64,000 nucleotides of DNA from an uncultured Eubacteriales bacterium (GCA_964607705.1 CAZSLI010000004.1:15750-79749); one strand, 5' to 3'. Shown: positions 17,379 through 27,433, counted from the stretch's first letter. The notes: generated by a model from the sequence alone, not told the origin. Numbers and translations are program-made.

Positions 17379-18218
17379 CTAATCCTCGGGGAGAAGCGCG
17401 ACGCCCCAACCTGTTCCCGTGTGAGTGGCGATAACCGTCCCCGTCGCATAGACGTTCATCTCGAGGGCCTCGAACCGCCTTCTGATCTCGTCGGCGAGCC
17501 ACTGGGCACGTTCGGGCTTCATCGCGTAGCCGACCGCGAATCTGCCCTTCACCGCACCCTTCATCTGCTTCTCTATCCAATCGAGCGTGTAGCGCAGGGC
17601 TGCCTTCTCGCCTCGGCTTCGCCCAAGTGGCTTGAACGATCCGGCCTCGTCAACAGTGAAGGTCACCTTGAGGTCCAATACGGATCCGAAGAACGAAGAG
17701 ACCGCGCCGATCCGCCCGCCCTTGGCAAGATTGTCGAGCGAATCCACCCCGACGATGAGGCGCACGCGCTCACGTGCGCCGTCGAGACGCTCGAGTGCGG
17801 CTTCGACGGAGAGCCCTTGGGCAGCGGATGCGGCCGCGTCCATGACCTGCAATGCGAGGCCCCACGAGAGGTTCCGCGAATCGAACACGTGGACCCGTCC
17901 CGCGAAACGCTCGGCGGCCTGACGTGCCGAGTCGAAAGTGCCCGACAGGTTGGCCGAGATGTGGATGGAGATGACCTCATCGGCGACGGCGAGTGCCCGC
18001 TCGTAGGCCTCGACGAACGCTCCGATGGGCGGCTGCGAGGTAGTGGGAAGCCGAGGACTCGCATTCATGCGCTGGAAGAACTCCGCCTGCGTCAGAGTCA
18101 TGTCCGGCATCGTCTCGTCGCCGATCGTGAGGGACAGCGGGACGACTTGGATGCCCCGCTCCTCTGCCAGATCCTGCGTGATATCGGCAGTGCTGTCGGT
18201 GACCACTGCGAAGCGCAT
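17379..18218 (-). CDS. DegV family fatty-acid-binding protein
   Basis: VVTDSTAD, PTTSQP, IHISANLSGT, DSRNLS, LAKGGRI, ATHTG. Confidence 0.93.
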   Translation of the reverse strand: MRFAVVTDSTADITQDLAEERGIQVVPLSLTIGDETMPDMTLTQAEFFQRMNASPRLPTTSQPPIGAFVEAYERALAVADEVISIHISANLSGTFDSARQAAERFAGRVHVFDSRNLSWGLALQVMDAAASAAQGLSVEAALERLDGARERVRLIVGVDSLDNLAKGGRIGAVSSFFGSVLDLKVTFTVDEAGSFKPLGRSRGEKAALRYTLDWIEKQMKGAVKGRFAVGYAMKPERAQWLADEIRRRFEALEMNVYATGTVIATHTGTGWGVALLPED

Positions 18219-18279
18219 TCTGCCTCCTCATCGGGTGGCTCCATCGTACCCGAGAACCGAGGAATCCGCAGGACTCGGA

Positions 18280-19017
18280 CTACTTCAGCGGTGGCTCACC
18301 CGGACTGTAGCTCTCGACGAAGAAGCCGCGCCACGAGGCGACCTTCCACTTCCCGGCGTACTCGGCGATGGGGGTGTCCTGGCGAGACAGGTCGACAACG
18401 AGCACGACGTCGTCGGCTCCTGGCTGACACGAGTCGTAGACGCTGACGAAGGCGCTGTCACCCACGCGTCTCATCGCGTACGCCACCACCTGATGATTGA
18501 GGCCGATCCGGCTCAGGGAGCGCGCGCGAACCAGTCCGAGCGGGACCGGTCCCGACTCCAGGCCCTTGGCCAGAGCCGGCAACTCCTGCTCCCTCGTGAG
18601 CGACCCCACCCCGTCCATCAGGCTTGCTCCAGCCAGGTCAGGCATCACGGTCCATGCCATGAAGCGCAGGCCGTTTTGGACGATGCTGTCGGCGCTGCGC
18701 TCGACGAGATACTCGTCCGGAGCGCCCGAGGAGGAAGCCTCCACTCCCTCGCGGTAGTAGTCGAGGGCTCCGTACGTCATGCCACCGCAGCGCCCCGACA
18801 GAGCACGTTGCACCGCCGGGGTACGCGTATCCGGACGTGGGTTACGGAAAGCGAATCCGTTCCGCGACGGCCGGAAGGACGTGGCGACAGAGAGAGGCAG
18901 TTGCCGAGGCGAGGCCACCGTAGCGGCGGCGGGACCGCCGATGAAGGCGACCAGCGGCAGCACCACCGTGACCAGGAGCGCGACGATGACCGGAGTACGG
19001 CGGGAGGGCGGATGCAC
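18280..19017 (-). CDS. Exported protein, possible papain-like cysteine peptidase
   Basis: N-terminal hydrophobic segment; RCGGM, NHQVVAY and VYDS give a candidate Cys-His-Asp triad. Confidence 0.55.
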   Translation of the reverse strand: MHPPSRRTPVIVALLVTVVLPLVAFIGGPAAATVASPRQLPLSVATSFRPSRNGFAFRNPRPDTRTPAVQRALSGRCGGMTYGALDYYREGVEASSSGAPDEYLVERSADSIVQNGLRFMAWTVMPDLAGASLMDGVGSLTREQELPALAKGLESGPVPLGLVRARSLSRIGLNHQVVAYAMRRVGDSAFVSVYDSCQPGADDVVLVVDLSRQDTPIAEYAGKWKVASWRGFFVESYSPGEPPLK

Positions 19018-19131
19018 GTGAAGGAGCCTTTGCGAGGTTCGCCTTACGTTGTCGCTCTATCCGCGCAAGAAGGAAGCCAAGTCGTCCAGCGGCTGCGGAG
19101 AGTGTCCCCGAGCCGCCGGCACAGACTGGCG

Positions 19132-20463
19132 TCAGTTCGAGCTCGAGCCGCCCGAGGTACCCTGTCCGCCACCCGGGCCACGGCTCGCGCGACCCTTGCC
19201 GCCACGGCGTCCGCTGCGCCTCGACCGACCGTCGCCGCCAGCGCCCTGACCGCCGCCCTTGGCACCGTGTCCGTTGCGCTGTCCGCCGCCACGCTGCTGC
19301 TGCGGCTTGGCCGCCGTCCGCTCAGGATCGGGGACGATGCGCTCCGGCGCATACGCGAAGCCGCTGGCGTCCTCGCAGGAAAGCGGCGCTCCGAGCGTCT
19401 TCTCGATCTCCCTGAGCGTCTCGTGCTCGGTCTCGTCCAGGAAGCTGATCGCCGTTCCACTCGCTCCCGCGCGGGCCGTGCGCCCGATGCGGTGGACGTA
19501 GTCCTCGGCGGTGTTGGGGAGGTCGTAGTTGACGACGTGACTGATCTCGTCGACGTCGATGCCACGCGAGGCTACGTCGGTGGCCACAAGCACCAGATGG
19601 CGGCCTCGCTTGAAGCCCTCGAGGGCCGTCTGACGCTGGCTCTGGCTGCGCCCGCCGTGGATCGCCGAGGAACTGACGCCAGCACGCGAGAGCTGGCGCG
19701 CGAGACGGTCGGCGCGGTGCTTGGTGCGGGTGAAGACGAGCGTGCGCGTGTGGTCGCCCTCGTTGAGCAGGTGCACGAGCAGGTCCGTCTTCTGCGCGCG
19801 GGCCACGGGGTAGAGCGTCTGGTCGATCCGGTCCACAGGCTTGGTGGGCGGCGAGACCTCGACCCGGATGGGGTCGCGGAGGATCGAGTCGACGATCTTG
19901 ATGACCTGGGGGTCCATGGTCGCCGAGAACAACAGGTTCTGGCGGCTCTCCGGTAGCAGGTTCAGAATGCGGCGCACATCCGGCCAGAAGCCCATGTCCA
20001 ACATGCGATCGGCTTCATCGAGCACGACGATCTCCACGCCGGACAGGTCGATCGCGTTACGGCCATGGAGGTCCAACAGGCGTCCCGGGCAAGCGATGAC
20101 GATATCGACGCCGCGGCGGAGCTTCTGGATCTGCGGCTGTATGCCCACGCCGCCGAAGACGACAGCGGCGCGGTGACGCGTCTCTTTGGAGGCATCGCGG
20201 ACGACGTCACCGATCTGTAAGGCGAGCTCCCTCGTAGGGGTGACGACGAGGGTCTTCACGCCCCGCTTCTTGGGAGTGCGCTGAAGCATGGGAAGGACGA
20301 ACGCAGCCGTCTTCCCAGTGCCGGTCTGCGCAACGCCCACGACGTCGCGACCTGCGAGGATCTGCGGGATGGCTTCACGCTGGATGGGGCTGGGTTCGGC
20401 GTAGCCGAGGGCCGCCACGCCTGCAAGCAGGCGCGGCTCGAGGCCGAGGTTCTCGAACGACAA
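19132..20463 (-). CDS. DEAD-box RNA helicase (RhlE-like)
   Basis: Q motif, AQTGTGKT, PTRELA, DEAD, SAT, HRIGRTARAG, Gly/Arg-rich tail; TTG start after AGGAG. Confidence 0.95.
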   Translation of the reverse strand: MSFENLGLEPRLLAGVAALGYAEPSPIQREAIPQILAGRDVVGVAQTGTGKTAAFVLPMLQRTPKKRGVKTLVVTPTRELALQIGDVVRDASKETRHRAAVVFGGVGIQPQIQKLRRGVDIVIACPGRLLDLHGRNAIDLSGVEIVVLDEADRMLDMGFWPDVRRILNLLPESRQNLLFSATMDPQVIKIVDSILRDPIRVEVSPPTKPVDRIDQTLYPVARAQKTDLLVHLLNEGDHTRTLVFTRTKHRADRLARQLSRAGVSSSAIHGGRSQSQRQTALEGFKRGRHLVLVATDVASRGIDVDEISHVVNYDLPNTAEDYVHRIGRTARAGASGTAISFLDETEHETLREIEKTLGAPLSCEDASGFAYAPERIVPDPERTAAKPQQQRGGGQRNGHGAKGGGQGAGGDGRSRRSGRRGGKGRASRGPGGGQGTSGGSSSN

Positions 20464-20635
20464 TGTGTCTCCTGTTTTCTGGGCGCTGCCACGGGGGCGC
20501 GCTCCTTTTGGCAGACGCAGTTGATGTTCTGGCGCGTCTGTCGCAACAGGGACAACTGGGTCTTGGTGTCGGCGCATTGTAGCACCTCGGGTGCCATGAG
20601 GCTTCTCGCAGTCACTGGAGCCCGTCTACGCGGTC

Positions 20636-20651
20636 TGTGACGTGAATCACG
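20636..20651. promoter_or_regulatory. CRP-family binding site
   Basis: TGTGA-cgtgaa-TCACG (1 mismatch) in the divergent helicase/protease intergenic region. Confidence 0.6.
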
Positions 20652-20735
20652 ATGACTCCCTGACGACTTCACAAGTCAGGCGTGAATCGGTCCGAAAACC
20701 GACACAGCAAGTCAATCGCACACTGGGAGAACGCC

Positions 20736-22781
20736 GTGAAAGTCGTACCGCCCCGCCTGCTTTCCTTTCTGCTCGCCACGATCCTCTGCACCGCCTCGCT
20801 CGGCCCTCTCTCTTCGGCAGCCTCAGCCCAGACGGCTGATTCGTCAGTGATCGCGTCGCTCGGAAGGCAGTCGTCCGGCGCCGATGCCGTCTCGCTGATG
20901 GGCGATCGCATCGATGTGGTCGCCGCCGCCCACGGCAAGTCATCGGCCGAACTGAAGCGCGCGCTGAAGGAGGATCGCAGCCTCAAGGTCGACCCCAAGG
21001 GCCACCTCTTCTACGAGGAGGCCGCCCTGCCCGCCGACCTCGCCGCGGCGGCCGCCGAACCCGTCAACCCCTGGGCCGGCGCACTCTTCCCTCTCGATCA
21101 GACATTCAGCCTGCACAGCAAGCCGGGTTCAAAGCGCGTCATCTACATCGACGTGGACGGGCACACGCTCTCGAACACCGCTTGGAACGGCGGCACCGTC
21201 CCCAATCCGCTCGTCTGCACGCCGTGGGACACCGACGGCAATCCCAGCTCGTTCTCCGACGCCGAGCGCACGAAGGTCCAGCAGGTGTGGCAGCGCGTGG
21301 CCGAGGACTACGCCCCCTTCGACGTGGACGTCACCACTCAGGATCCCGGGGCGGCCGCGATGACGCGCGACAGTCTCGCAGACGAGTACTACGGCGTCCG
21401 CGTTCTCATCACGCCGATGAGCAGCTACTTCGGTGGCGCCGGCGGCCGAGCGTTCGTCGGCGTCTTCGACTCGACAGGGGATGCGTACAAGCCGGCGCTG
21501 ATCTTCCCCGAGAAGTTGGCTAACGGTGAGAAGTACGTCGCAGAAGCGTGCTCCCACGAGGCCGGCCACACCCTCGGCCTGCTCCATGACGGAACGACGT
21601 CGGGCGCCGAGTACTACCAGGGCCACGGGACCGGCGAGACCGGCTGGGCGCCCATCATGGGCAGCGGCTACTACAAGCCGGTCACGCACTGGAGCAAGGG
21701 CGAATACCCCCTCGCGAACAACCAGGAAGACGACCTCGCGATCATCAACCAGAACGGCGCCGTCTACCGAGCCGATGACATGGGCGGCTCCTCTGCCACC
21801 CCTCACATGCTGGCAGCGGGCTCCACGCTCTCGTCCCAGGGGGTGATCGAGCGCACGGGAGACGTGGACGTCGTGTCGTTCGCTGCTGGTAGCGGTCCCG
21901 CGACGATCACCGTGCTGCCGGCTCTTCTCGGCGGCGACCTCGATGTGTCGCTTGAGCTGCGCGACGCGTCCGGAGCGCTCGTTGCCAGCGCCAATCCTGC
22001 CGAGACGCTCGGCGCGAGCCTGACGGCGAACCTGAGCGCAGCCACGTACTACCTCTCGGTGACGGGCACCGGCAAGGGCGACCCGCTCAGCACAGGCTAT
22101 TCCGCGTACGCATCCCTCGGCGCGTGGCGGCTCAGCGGCGCCGTGGCCGACCCGGGTGTCGTCGCCCCCGGCCCCAACACCCCGCCTACGGCCGTCATCG
22201 CACAGAGTGGCGCCGGCCCCGCCGCGCCGGTCTCGGTCACTCTCGACGGCTCGGGATCGACGGACCCCGACGGATCCATCGCCTCGTGGGCGTGGGAACT
22301 CGGTGACGGCGGCACGGCGTCCGGCTCCATCGTGACCCACACGTACACCCAGGCCGGCAGGTACACGGTGAGACTGACCGTGACGGATAACCAAGGCGCC
22401 GTCGGGACCGAGACGTATGTCGTGGACGTCCCCGTGCCAGCCGTGCCGAGTATGCACGTGAGTTCCGTGACGATCGCCGTGACGTCGACGAAGTCTGGAA
22501 AGATCGCAAGGGCCATCGTGAAGGTCGTCGACGCACAGGGGGCGCCCGTGAGCGCCGCGACGGTCGTCGGCAGCTGGGGCGGCATCATGACCGGAACGGG
22601 CACAGGAACCACCGGCTCCGACGGGGCCGCCGTCATCACGAAGTCCTTCAAGAAGTCGGGCACCGTGACGTTCGTGGTGTCCCAAGTGTCCAAGGCGGGT
22701 TGGGCGTACGACTCGGCGTCCAACACCAGTGCGAACGCCGCCGCGCTGAGGATCGGGCCTCGCGCTCGAGCGCTCCGTTAG
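20736..22781 (+). CDS. Secreted metzincin zinc metalloprotease with PPC-like and PKD domains
   Basis: Signal peptide, HEAGHTLGLLH, Met-turn APIMG, PKD motif (LDGSGSTDPDG, WELGDG, HTY..AG.Y.V.LTVTD). Confidence 0.88.
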   Translation: MKVVPPRLLSFLLATILCTASLGPLSSAASAQTADSSVIASLGRQSSGADAVSLMGDRIDVVAAAHGKSSAELKRALKEDRSLKVDPKGHLFYEEAALPADLAAAAAEPVNPWAGALFPLDQTFSLHSKPGSKRVIYIDVDGHTLSNTAWNGGTVPNPLVCTPWDTDGNPSSFSDAERTKVQQVWQRVAEDYAPFDVDVTTQDPGAAAMTRDSLADEYYGVRVLITPMSSYFGGAGGRAFVGVFDSTGDAYKPALIFPEKLANGEKYVAEACSHEAGHTLGLLHDGTTSGAEYYQGHGTGETGWAPIMGSGYYKPVTHWSKGEYPLANNQEDDLAIINQNGAVYRADDMGGSSATPHMLAAGSTLSSQGVIERTGDVDVVSFAAGSGPATITVLPALLGGDLDVSLELRDASGALVASANPAETLGASLTANLSAATYYLSVTGTGKGDPLSTGYSAYASLGAWRLSGAVADPGVVAPGPNTPPTAVIAQSGAGPAAPVSVTLDGSGSTDPDGSIASWAWELGDGGTASGSIVTHTYTQAGRYTVRLTVTDNQGAVGTETYVVDVPVPAVPSMHVSSVTIAVTSTKSGKIARAIVKVVDAQGAPVSAATVVGSWGGIMTGTGTGTTGSDGAAVITKSFKKSGTVTFVVSQVSKAGWAYDSASNTSANAAALRIGPRARALR

Positions 22782-22810
22782 CATCGCCGACACGATCAAG
22801 CAACGCCTTA

Positions 22811-22834
22811 GGACCGGGTCACGTGACCCGGTCC
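22811..22834. terminator. Perfect 24-bp palindrome (terminator hairpin or operator)
   Basis: GGACCGGGTCACGTGACCCGGTCC, 30 nt after the protease stop and upstream of the XRE gene. Confidence 0.55.
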
Positions 22835-22906
22835 TTCGTGCGCGGGTCGGTCGCGCGGGCTGAGCCTTTCACCTGCGTGGTAGAATCCGCCGGGGGGGCT
22901 GACCAG

Positions 22907-23485
22907 ATGTCAGAGTTGCTCGGCCAGACGCTGCGGGAACTTAGAAACGCGCGCGGGGAAACCCTCTCCGACGTGTCGGACAGGACGGGCCTGTCGATCG
23001 CGATGTTGTCGCGGATCGAGCGTGGAGACCGCCTTCCGTCCCCCAAGTCGATGAATCTTCTTGCCGGGCACTTCGGATTCGCGGCCGACGATCTGCTCGG
23101 CGACGTGGCTGCGCACAAGATGGTCAGCCGGTACGGTCGCGAGAGCGCCAGCCGTGCCGCGCGGCAGATCATGCGAAGCAACCGGGTCGCCGAGGACACG
23201 GGTGCGAGCCGATCCCGGGTCCACACTCCGGGCGCGGGACCCACGTCGAGCGATCCCGACCGCTCGCTCGATGAAGCGATCCGGGTCATTCAGAGGGCCT
23301 GCGCGAACCAGGCGGAGCTCCTGGACGCCGGCACCCCCGAGCGGCTCTTCAGGATGATCGCCGGTCTCGATGCGCTCGTGCGACCACCCCTCGAGCTTCT
23401 CGCCCGGATAGCCGAAGACGGCGGCGATCCCGATGCCAAGCGCCTCGCGCAACACTCGCTTCGCAGTCTGCGTGCCCGGCGCTAG
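22907..23485 (+). CDS. XRE-family HTH transcriptional regulator
   Basis: LRELRNARGETLSDVSDRTGLSIAMLSRIERG; TAGAAT -10 at 22881. Confidence 0.85.
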   Translation: MSELLGQTLRELRNARGETLSDVSDRTGLSIAMLSRIERGDRLPSPKSMNLLAGHFGFAADDLLGDVAAHKMVSRYGRESASRAARQIMRSNRVAEDTGASRSRVHTPGAGPTSSDPDRSLDEAIRVIQRACANQAELLDAGTPERLFRMIAGLDALVRPPLELLARIAEDGGDPDAKRLAQHSLRSLRARR

Positions 23486-23758
23486 CTCGCTCATCGCGCC
23501 GAGCGACCGCCGACGACGATGTCGCTCCCACGTGCCGTCGCTCTCTATGTGACACGCGCGCGAAAAGGAGTGAGCGCAGAGCGCGAGGAGCCGTGGATGC
23601 GACGCGTCCGCTGATGCCTCCGCCTGCATACCGGGGCGGGCGGCAACACGCGGACCGTTCGTGCGCGCTTCGAGCAGGATTCAGGCGGTCGGTCGTCGTA
23701 TCTCCCCCGTATCGGAAAGGTTCCGATGGGGCCGCTAAGCGGGGGGATCGAGACCGGC

Positions 23759-24115
23759 ATGGACACGGCGATCCTGGTATTCACGGGCTTTCTCTTGGTC
23801 GGCGGGCTACTCGGGGTCATCCTCGTGTCGCTGCCCCGCTGGATGGCGCCGCGCCACCGAAGCGAGCTGAAGTCCAGCGCATACGAATGCGGCGAGCTTC
23901 CCATCGGTGAGCCCTGGATCCGCTTCCGTGTCGCCTACTACGTCTTCGCGCTCGCCTTCGTCGTGTTCGACGTCGAGGCGGTCTTTCTCTACCCGTGGGC
24001 GGTGATCATCCGGCGTCTCGGGATTCCCGGGCTGATCGAGATGGCCGTCTTCGTCGGCATCCTGGTTCTCGGCCTCGCGTATGCGTGGCGCAAGGGGGTG
24101 CTCAAGTGGACGTAG
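23759..24115 (+). CDS. nuoA: NADH-quinone oxidoreductase subunit A
   Basis: YECGE, YYVFALAFVVFDVEAVFLYPW, WRKGVLKW; alternative start at 23726. Confidence 0.95.
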   Translation: MDTAILVFTGFLLVGGLLGVILVSLPRWMAPRHRSELKSSAYECGELPIGEPWIRFRVAYYVFALAFVVFDVEAVFLYPWAVIIRRLGIPGLIEMAVFVGILVLGLAYAWRKGVLKWT

Positions 24116-24603
24116 AGGACAAGAGCGGCATTCTCGTCGCTCCTCTCCAACAGGTCATGAACTGGGCCCGCGGTCACTCCATGTGGCCGCTGACATTCGG
24201 CACGGCCTGCTGCGCCATCGAGATGATGAGCTGCGGCTCCCCCCGTTACGACACAGACCGCTTCGGCATCTTCTTCAGGAACTCTCCGCGCCAGGCAGAC
24301 TGCATGATCGTGGCTGGCACCATCAACCTGAAGATGGTGCCTCGGATGAAGCTGCTCTACGAGCAGATGGCGGAGCCCAAGTACGTCATCGCCATGGGCT
24401 CGTGCGCGATCGGCGGAGGACCATTCTCGTTCGGCTACAACGTCGTCAACGGTGTGGACCAAGTCATCCCGATCGACATCTACGTGCCGGGATGCCCGCC
24501 TCGGCCAGAAGCGCTCATCCACGCGCTGCTAACGCTCATGGAGAGGAACGCTGCCGGCGAACCATCGGCTGCCGAGCGTTTCGCGCAGGAGGCTGCACTG
24601 TGA
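24106..24603 (+). CDS. nuoB: NADH-quinone oxidoreductase subunit B
   Basis: FGTACCAIEMM, SPRQAD, MGSCAIGGG, YVPGCPPRPEAL. Confidence 0.95.
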   Translation: MDVEDKSGILVAPLQQVMNWARGHSMWPLTFGTACCAIEMMSCGSPRYDTDRFGIFFRNSPRQADCMIVAGTINLKMVPRMKLLYEQMAEPKYVIAMGSCAIGGGPFSFGYNVVNGVDQVIPIDIYVPGCPPRPEALIHALLTLMERNAAGEPSAAERFAQEAAL

Positions 24604-26309
24604 CGCACGCAGCCCCGACCTCCGCCCTGGCCGTAGGCGCGCTCGAGGACGTTTCCGCCACCGAGCGCGGATGCGTGACCCCAGGCGGCATGCCATACGC
24701 CGTGGTGACAGCAGAGGAGTTGCCGAGTAGCGCGCGAGCCCTTCTCGACCATGGGTTCGGCCATCTGGCTCTCGTCACCGCCGTCGAACGCGTTCCTCTC
24801 GCCGAGGAGGCTGGCTCCGATTCAACGGCATCGTCGGTGGACGAGCCGGGACTCGACCTCATCTACGTGCTGACCCGAAGGTCCGACTCGGCCCGCGTGA
24901 TGCTCCGGGTGCGGCTCGTCGACTCCGACCTCGCGGTGCCGTCACTCACGCCGCTCTGGTCCGGCGCCCACGCCCTGGAGCGCGAGGTCTACGACCTCTT
25001 CGGCGTCATGTTCGTCGGTCACCCTGACCTCAAGCGGATCGTGCTGCGCGACGACTTCGAAGGCCACCCACTGCGCAAGTCGTTCGCCATGGGCGAGCAC
25101 GGAGTGACCGCCGAGCAGGTCGCCGAAGCCGTGAAGGACCATGGGGACAAGAACAACCGGCCCGCGGAGCACTCTCCTCTCATCGAGGGGCGGCTACCGG
25201 GCGATCCCCTCCTGCACTCAGAGCGGCTCATCCTCAACGTCGGCCCGCAACACCCGAGCACCCACGGCGTCTTGCACGTCTGGCTGGCGCTCGACGGCGA
25301 GAACGTGGTCGCTTCGGAGCCGACGCACGGCTACCTTCACCGCTGCATCGAGAAGCTCGCGGAATCTCGCAACTACCGAGCGAACATCGCACTGCTCGAC
25401 CGGTGTGACTACGTGTCCGGTTTCCACACGGAGCTCGCCTACATGCTGGCGCTCGAAGAGCTCGCCGGCGTCGAGAGCACTCCCAAGGCCGACTTCATAC
25501 GCGTCCTCATGAGCGAGCTGGTCCGCATCACCAGCCACCACACGTGGCTAGCTGCCTGCGGCCTGGACACCGGCGCCCTCACGCCCTTCCTCTACGCGTT
25601 CATCGACCGCGAGAAGATCCTCGACTTCTTCGAGATCGTCACCGGCGGTCGTATGATGTTCAACTACTTCCGTCCGGGCGGAGTGAAGGACGATCTGCCG
25701 CCTGGTGCTGCCGAGGACCTTCGTCGCTATCTGTTGACCTTCGAGAAGCAGGTGGACGAGTACGAGTCACTCCTTACCGCCAACGAGATCTTCCGCTACC
25801 GCGTCCGCGGCGTAGGCGTCCTCCCCCCGTCGACGATCGAGAGTTACGGGGTGACAGGTCCACTCGCGCGGGCATCCGGTGTCGACATCGACCTGCGTCG
25901 CGATGACCCGTACTCGGCGTACGACCGGTTCAAGGTGAACGTCCCTATCGCTCAGGCTGGTGACACCTTCGACCGCTACGTCGTGCGTATCGCGGAGATG
26001 CGCGAGTCCGCGCGCCTCGCCCTCGCCTGCCTGGACGGCATGCCCGAGGGCCCGTATCTCAATCCCGACGTACCAAGGATCTTGCGACCACCGGTCGGCG
26101 AGGCCTACCGCGAGGTCGAGAGCCCCCGGGGAGAGCTCGGCGTCTATCTGGCGAGCGACGGATCGGCCCAGCCGTGGCGGCTGAAGGTCCGCTCGCCTGC
26201 TCTATCGAATCTGCATGTTGCGCCCGAGATGCTGCGCGGCACCAAACTCGGCGACGTCGTCGCGGTCCTCGGCTCGGTGGACGTGGTCATGGGAGAGATC
26301 GACCGGTGA
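24600..26309 (+). CDS. nuoCD: Fused NADH-quinone oxidoreductase subunit C/D
   Basis: EREVYDLFG, GHPLRK, GPQHPSTHGVL, GYLHRCIEK, DVVMGEIDR; no Ni-binding CxxC pairs. Confidence 0.95.
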   Translation: MTHAAPTSALAVGALEDVSATERGCVTPGGMPYAVVTAEELPSSARALLDHGFGHLALVTAVERVPLAEEAGSDSTASSVDEPGLDLIYVLTRRSDSARVMLRVRLVDSDLAVPSLTPLWSGAHALEREVYDLFGVMFVGHPDLKRIVLRDDFEGHPLRKSFAMGEHGVTAEQVAEAVKDHGDKNNRPAEHSPLIEGRLPGDPLLHSERLILNVGPQHPSTHGVLHVWLALDGENVVASEPTHGYLHRCIEKLAESRNYRANIALLDRCDYVSGFHTELAYMLALEELAGVESTPKADFIRVLMSELVRITSHHTWLAACGLDTGALTPFLYAFIDREKILDFFEIVTGGRMMFNYFRPGGVKDDLPPGAAEDLRRYLLTFEKQVDEYESLLTANEIFRYRVRGVGVLPPSTIESYGVTGPLARASGVDIDLRRDDPYSAYDRFKVNVPIAQAGDTFDRYVVRIAEMRESARLALACLDGMPEGPYLNPDVPRILRPPVGEAYREVESPRGELGVYLASDGSAQPWRLKVRSPALSNLHVAPEMLRGTKLGDVVAVLGSVDVVMGEIDR

Positions 26310-27433
26310 GCGTACTGAAGATACTCATCGGCATCGTCGCGATCGTGTTGGTCGTTCTCATCAACACGATCATCGTCATGTGGTGCGAGCGTAAGTGGCT
26401 CGGTCACATGCAGTCCCGTCAGGGGCCCCTCCGCACGGGCTGGCATGGAGTCATCCAGCCGTTCGCCGATGCGATCAAGCTCCTCGGCAAGGAAGACCTT
26501 GTGCCGAACGGCTCCGATCGCGTGCTGTTCCTCGTCGCACCGCTCATCGCGTTCACGCCGTCCATCCTCGTCTACGCAGCCACCCCATGGGTCGAGTCGT
26601 TCACCGGCTCGTCCTCGGACACGGGCATCTTCATGGTCTTCGCCATCGCGGCGCTCTTCCCGGTGGGGATCCTCGTGGCCGGGTGGGCCTCCCACAACAA
26701 GTACGCGCTCTTCGGCGGCTTCAGGGCGGCTTCTCAGCAGATCAGCTATGAAGTCCCGATGCTCCTCGCGCTGATGGGCGTGGTCATGTTGGCCGGCTCG
26801 ATGAACATGGGCCGGATCGTTGACGCCCAGGCGACGTGGTGGAACGTCGTCACCCAGCCATTCGCATTCCTACTCTTCTTCATCGGGATGCTTGCGGAAC
26901 TCAACCGCACGCCGTTCGACATGCCCGAGGCAGAATCGGAGTTGGTGGCCGGCTTCAACGTCGAGTACTCGTCGATGCGTTTCGCACTCTTCTTCGTCGC
27001 CGAGTACGTGAACGTGTTCACGTGGGCCCTCTTCACCACCGTGCTGTTCCTGGGCGGGTGGAACGGGCCGCTGTTGCCGGACTGGGCGTGGCTGTTCCTC
27101 AAGACCTATCTCGTCGTGTTCCTGATCATCTGGGTGCGGGCCACCTTCCCGCGCGTGCGGGTCGACCAGCTCATGGCACTCGGGTGGAAGGTGCTTCTGC
27201 CGGCGGCGCTGATCAACCTACTGCTGACCGCCTTCGGAGTCGTGACCAACGTGGCCGTGCTCGTGGTGCTCGAGTTCGCCGCCGCAGCGGCGTTCGTCGC
27301 AGTCATCGCCTATCTGGGTCGCCACGCGGGCGACAAGGAACGGACGACGGCGAAGGAGTCGCACGCCACGCATCATGCGCGCGCCAAAGATGCCGTGCTC
27401 ATCGCCGCCGAGTCCGAGGGGGCGGTCGTGTGA
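26306..27433 (+). CDS. nuoH: NADH-quinone oxidoreductase subunit H
   Basis: ERK, QPFADAIKLLGKE, QQISYE, ELNRTPFDMPEAESELV, RATFPR. Confidence 0.95.
   Translation: MSVLKILIGIVAIVLVVLINTIIVMWCERKWLGHMQSRQGPLRTGWHGVIQPFADAIKLLGKEDLVPNGSDRVLFLVAPLIAFTPSILVYAATPWVESFTGSSSDTGIFMVFAIAALFPVGILVAGWASHNKYALFGGFRAASQQISYEVPMLLALMGVVMLAGSMNMGRIVDAQATWWNVVTQPFAFLLFFIGMLAELNRTPFDMPEAESELVAGFNVEYSSMRFALFFVAEYVNVFTWALFTTVLFLGGWNGPLLPDWAWLFLKTYLVVFLIIWVRATFPRVRVDQLMALGWKVLLPAALINLLLTAFGVVTNVAVLVVLEFAAAAAFVAVIAYLGRHAGDKERTTAKESHATHHARAKDAVLIAAESEGAVV

Noticed and set aside
18025-19956. Long opposite-strand ORFs (18025-19956, 21129-22799, 35697-37877, 48264-49892, 57912-59360 and similar)
   Set aside because: Typical high-GC shadow frames lying over well-supported genes; no independent motifs or RBS.
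24600-26309. Group 4 [NiFe]-hydrogenase large subunit
   Set aside because: No N- or C-terminal CxxC Ni-binding motifs; quinone-site motifs of NuoD are present.
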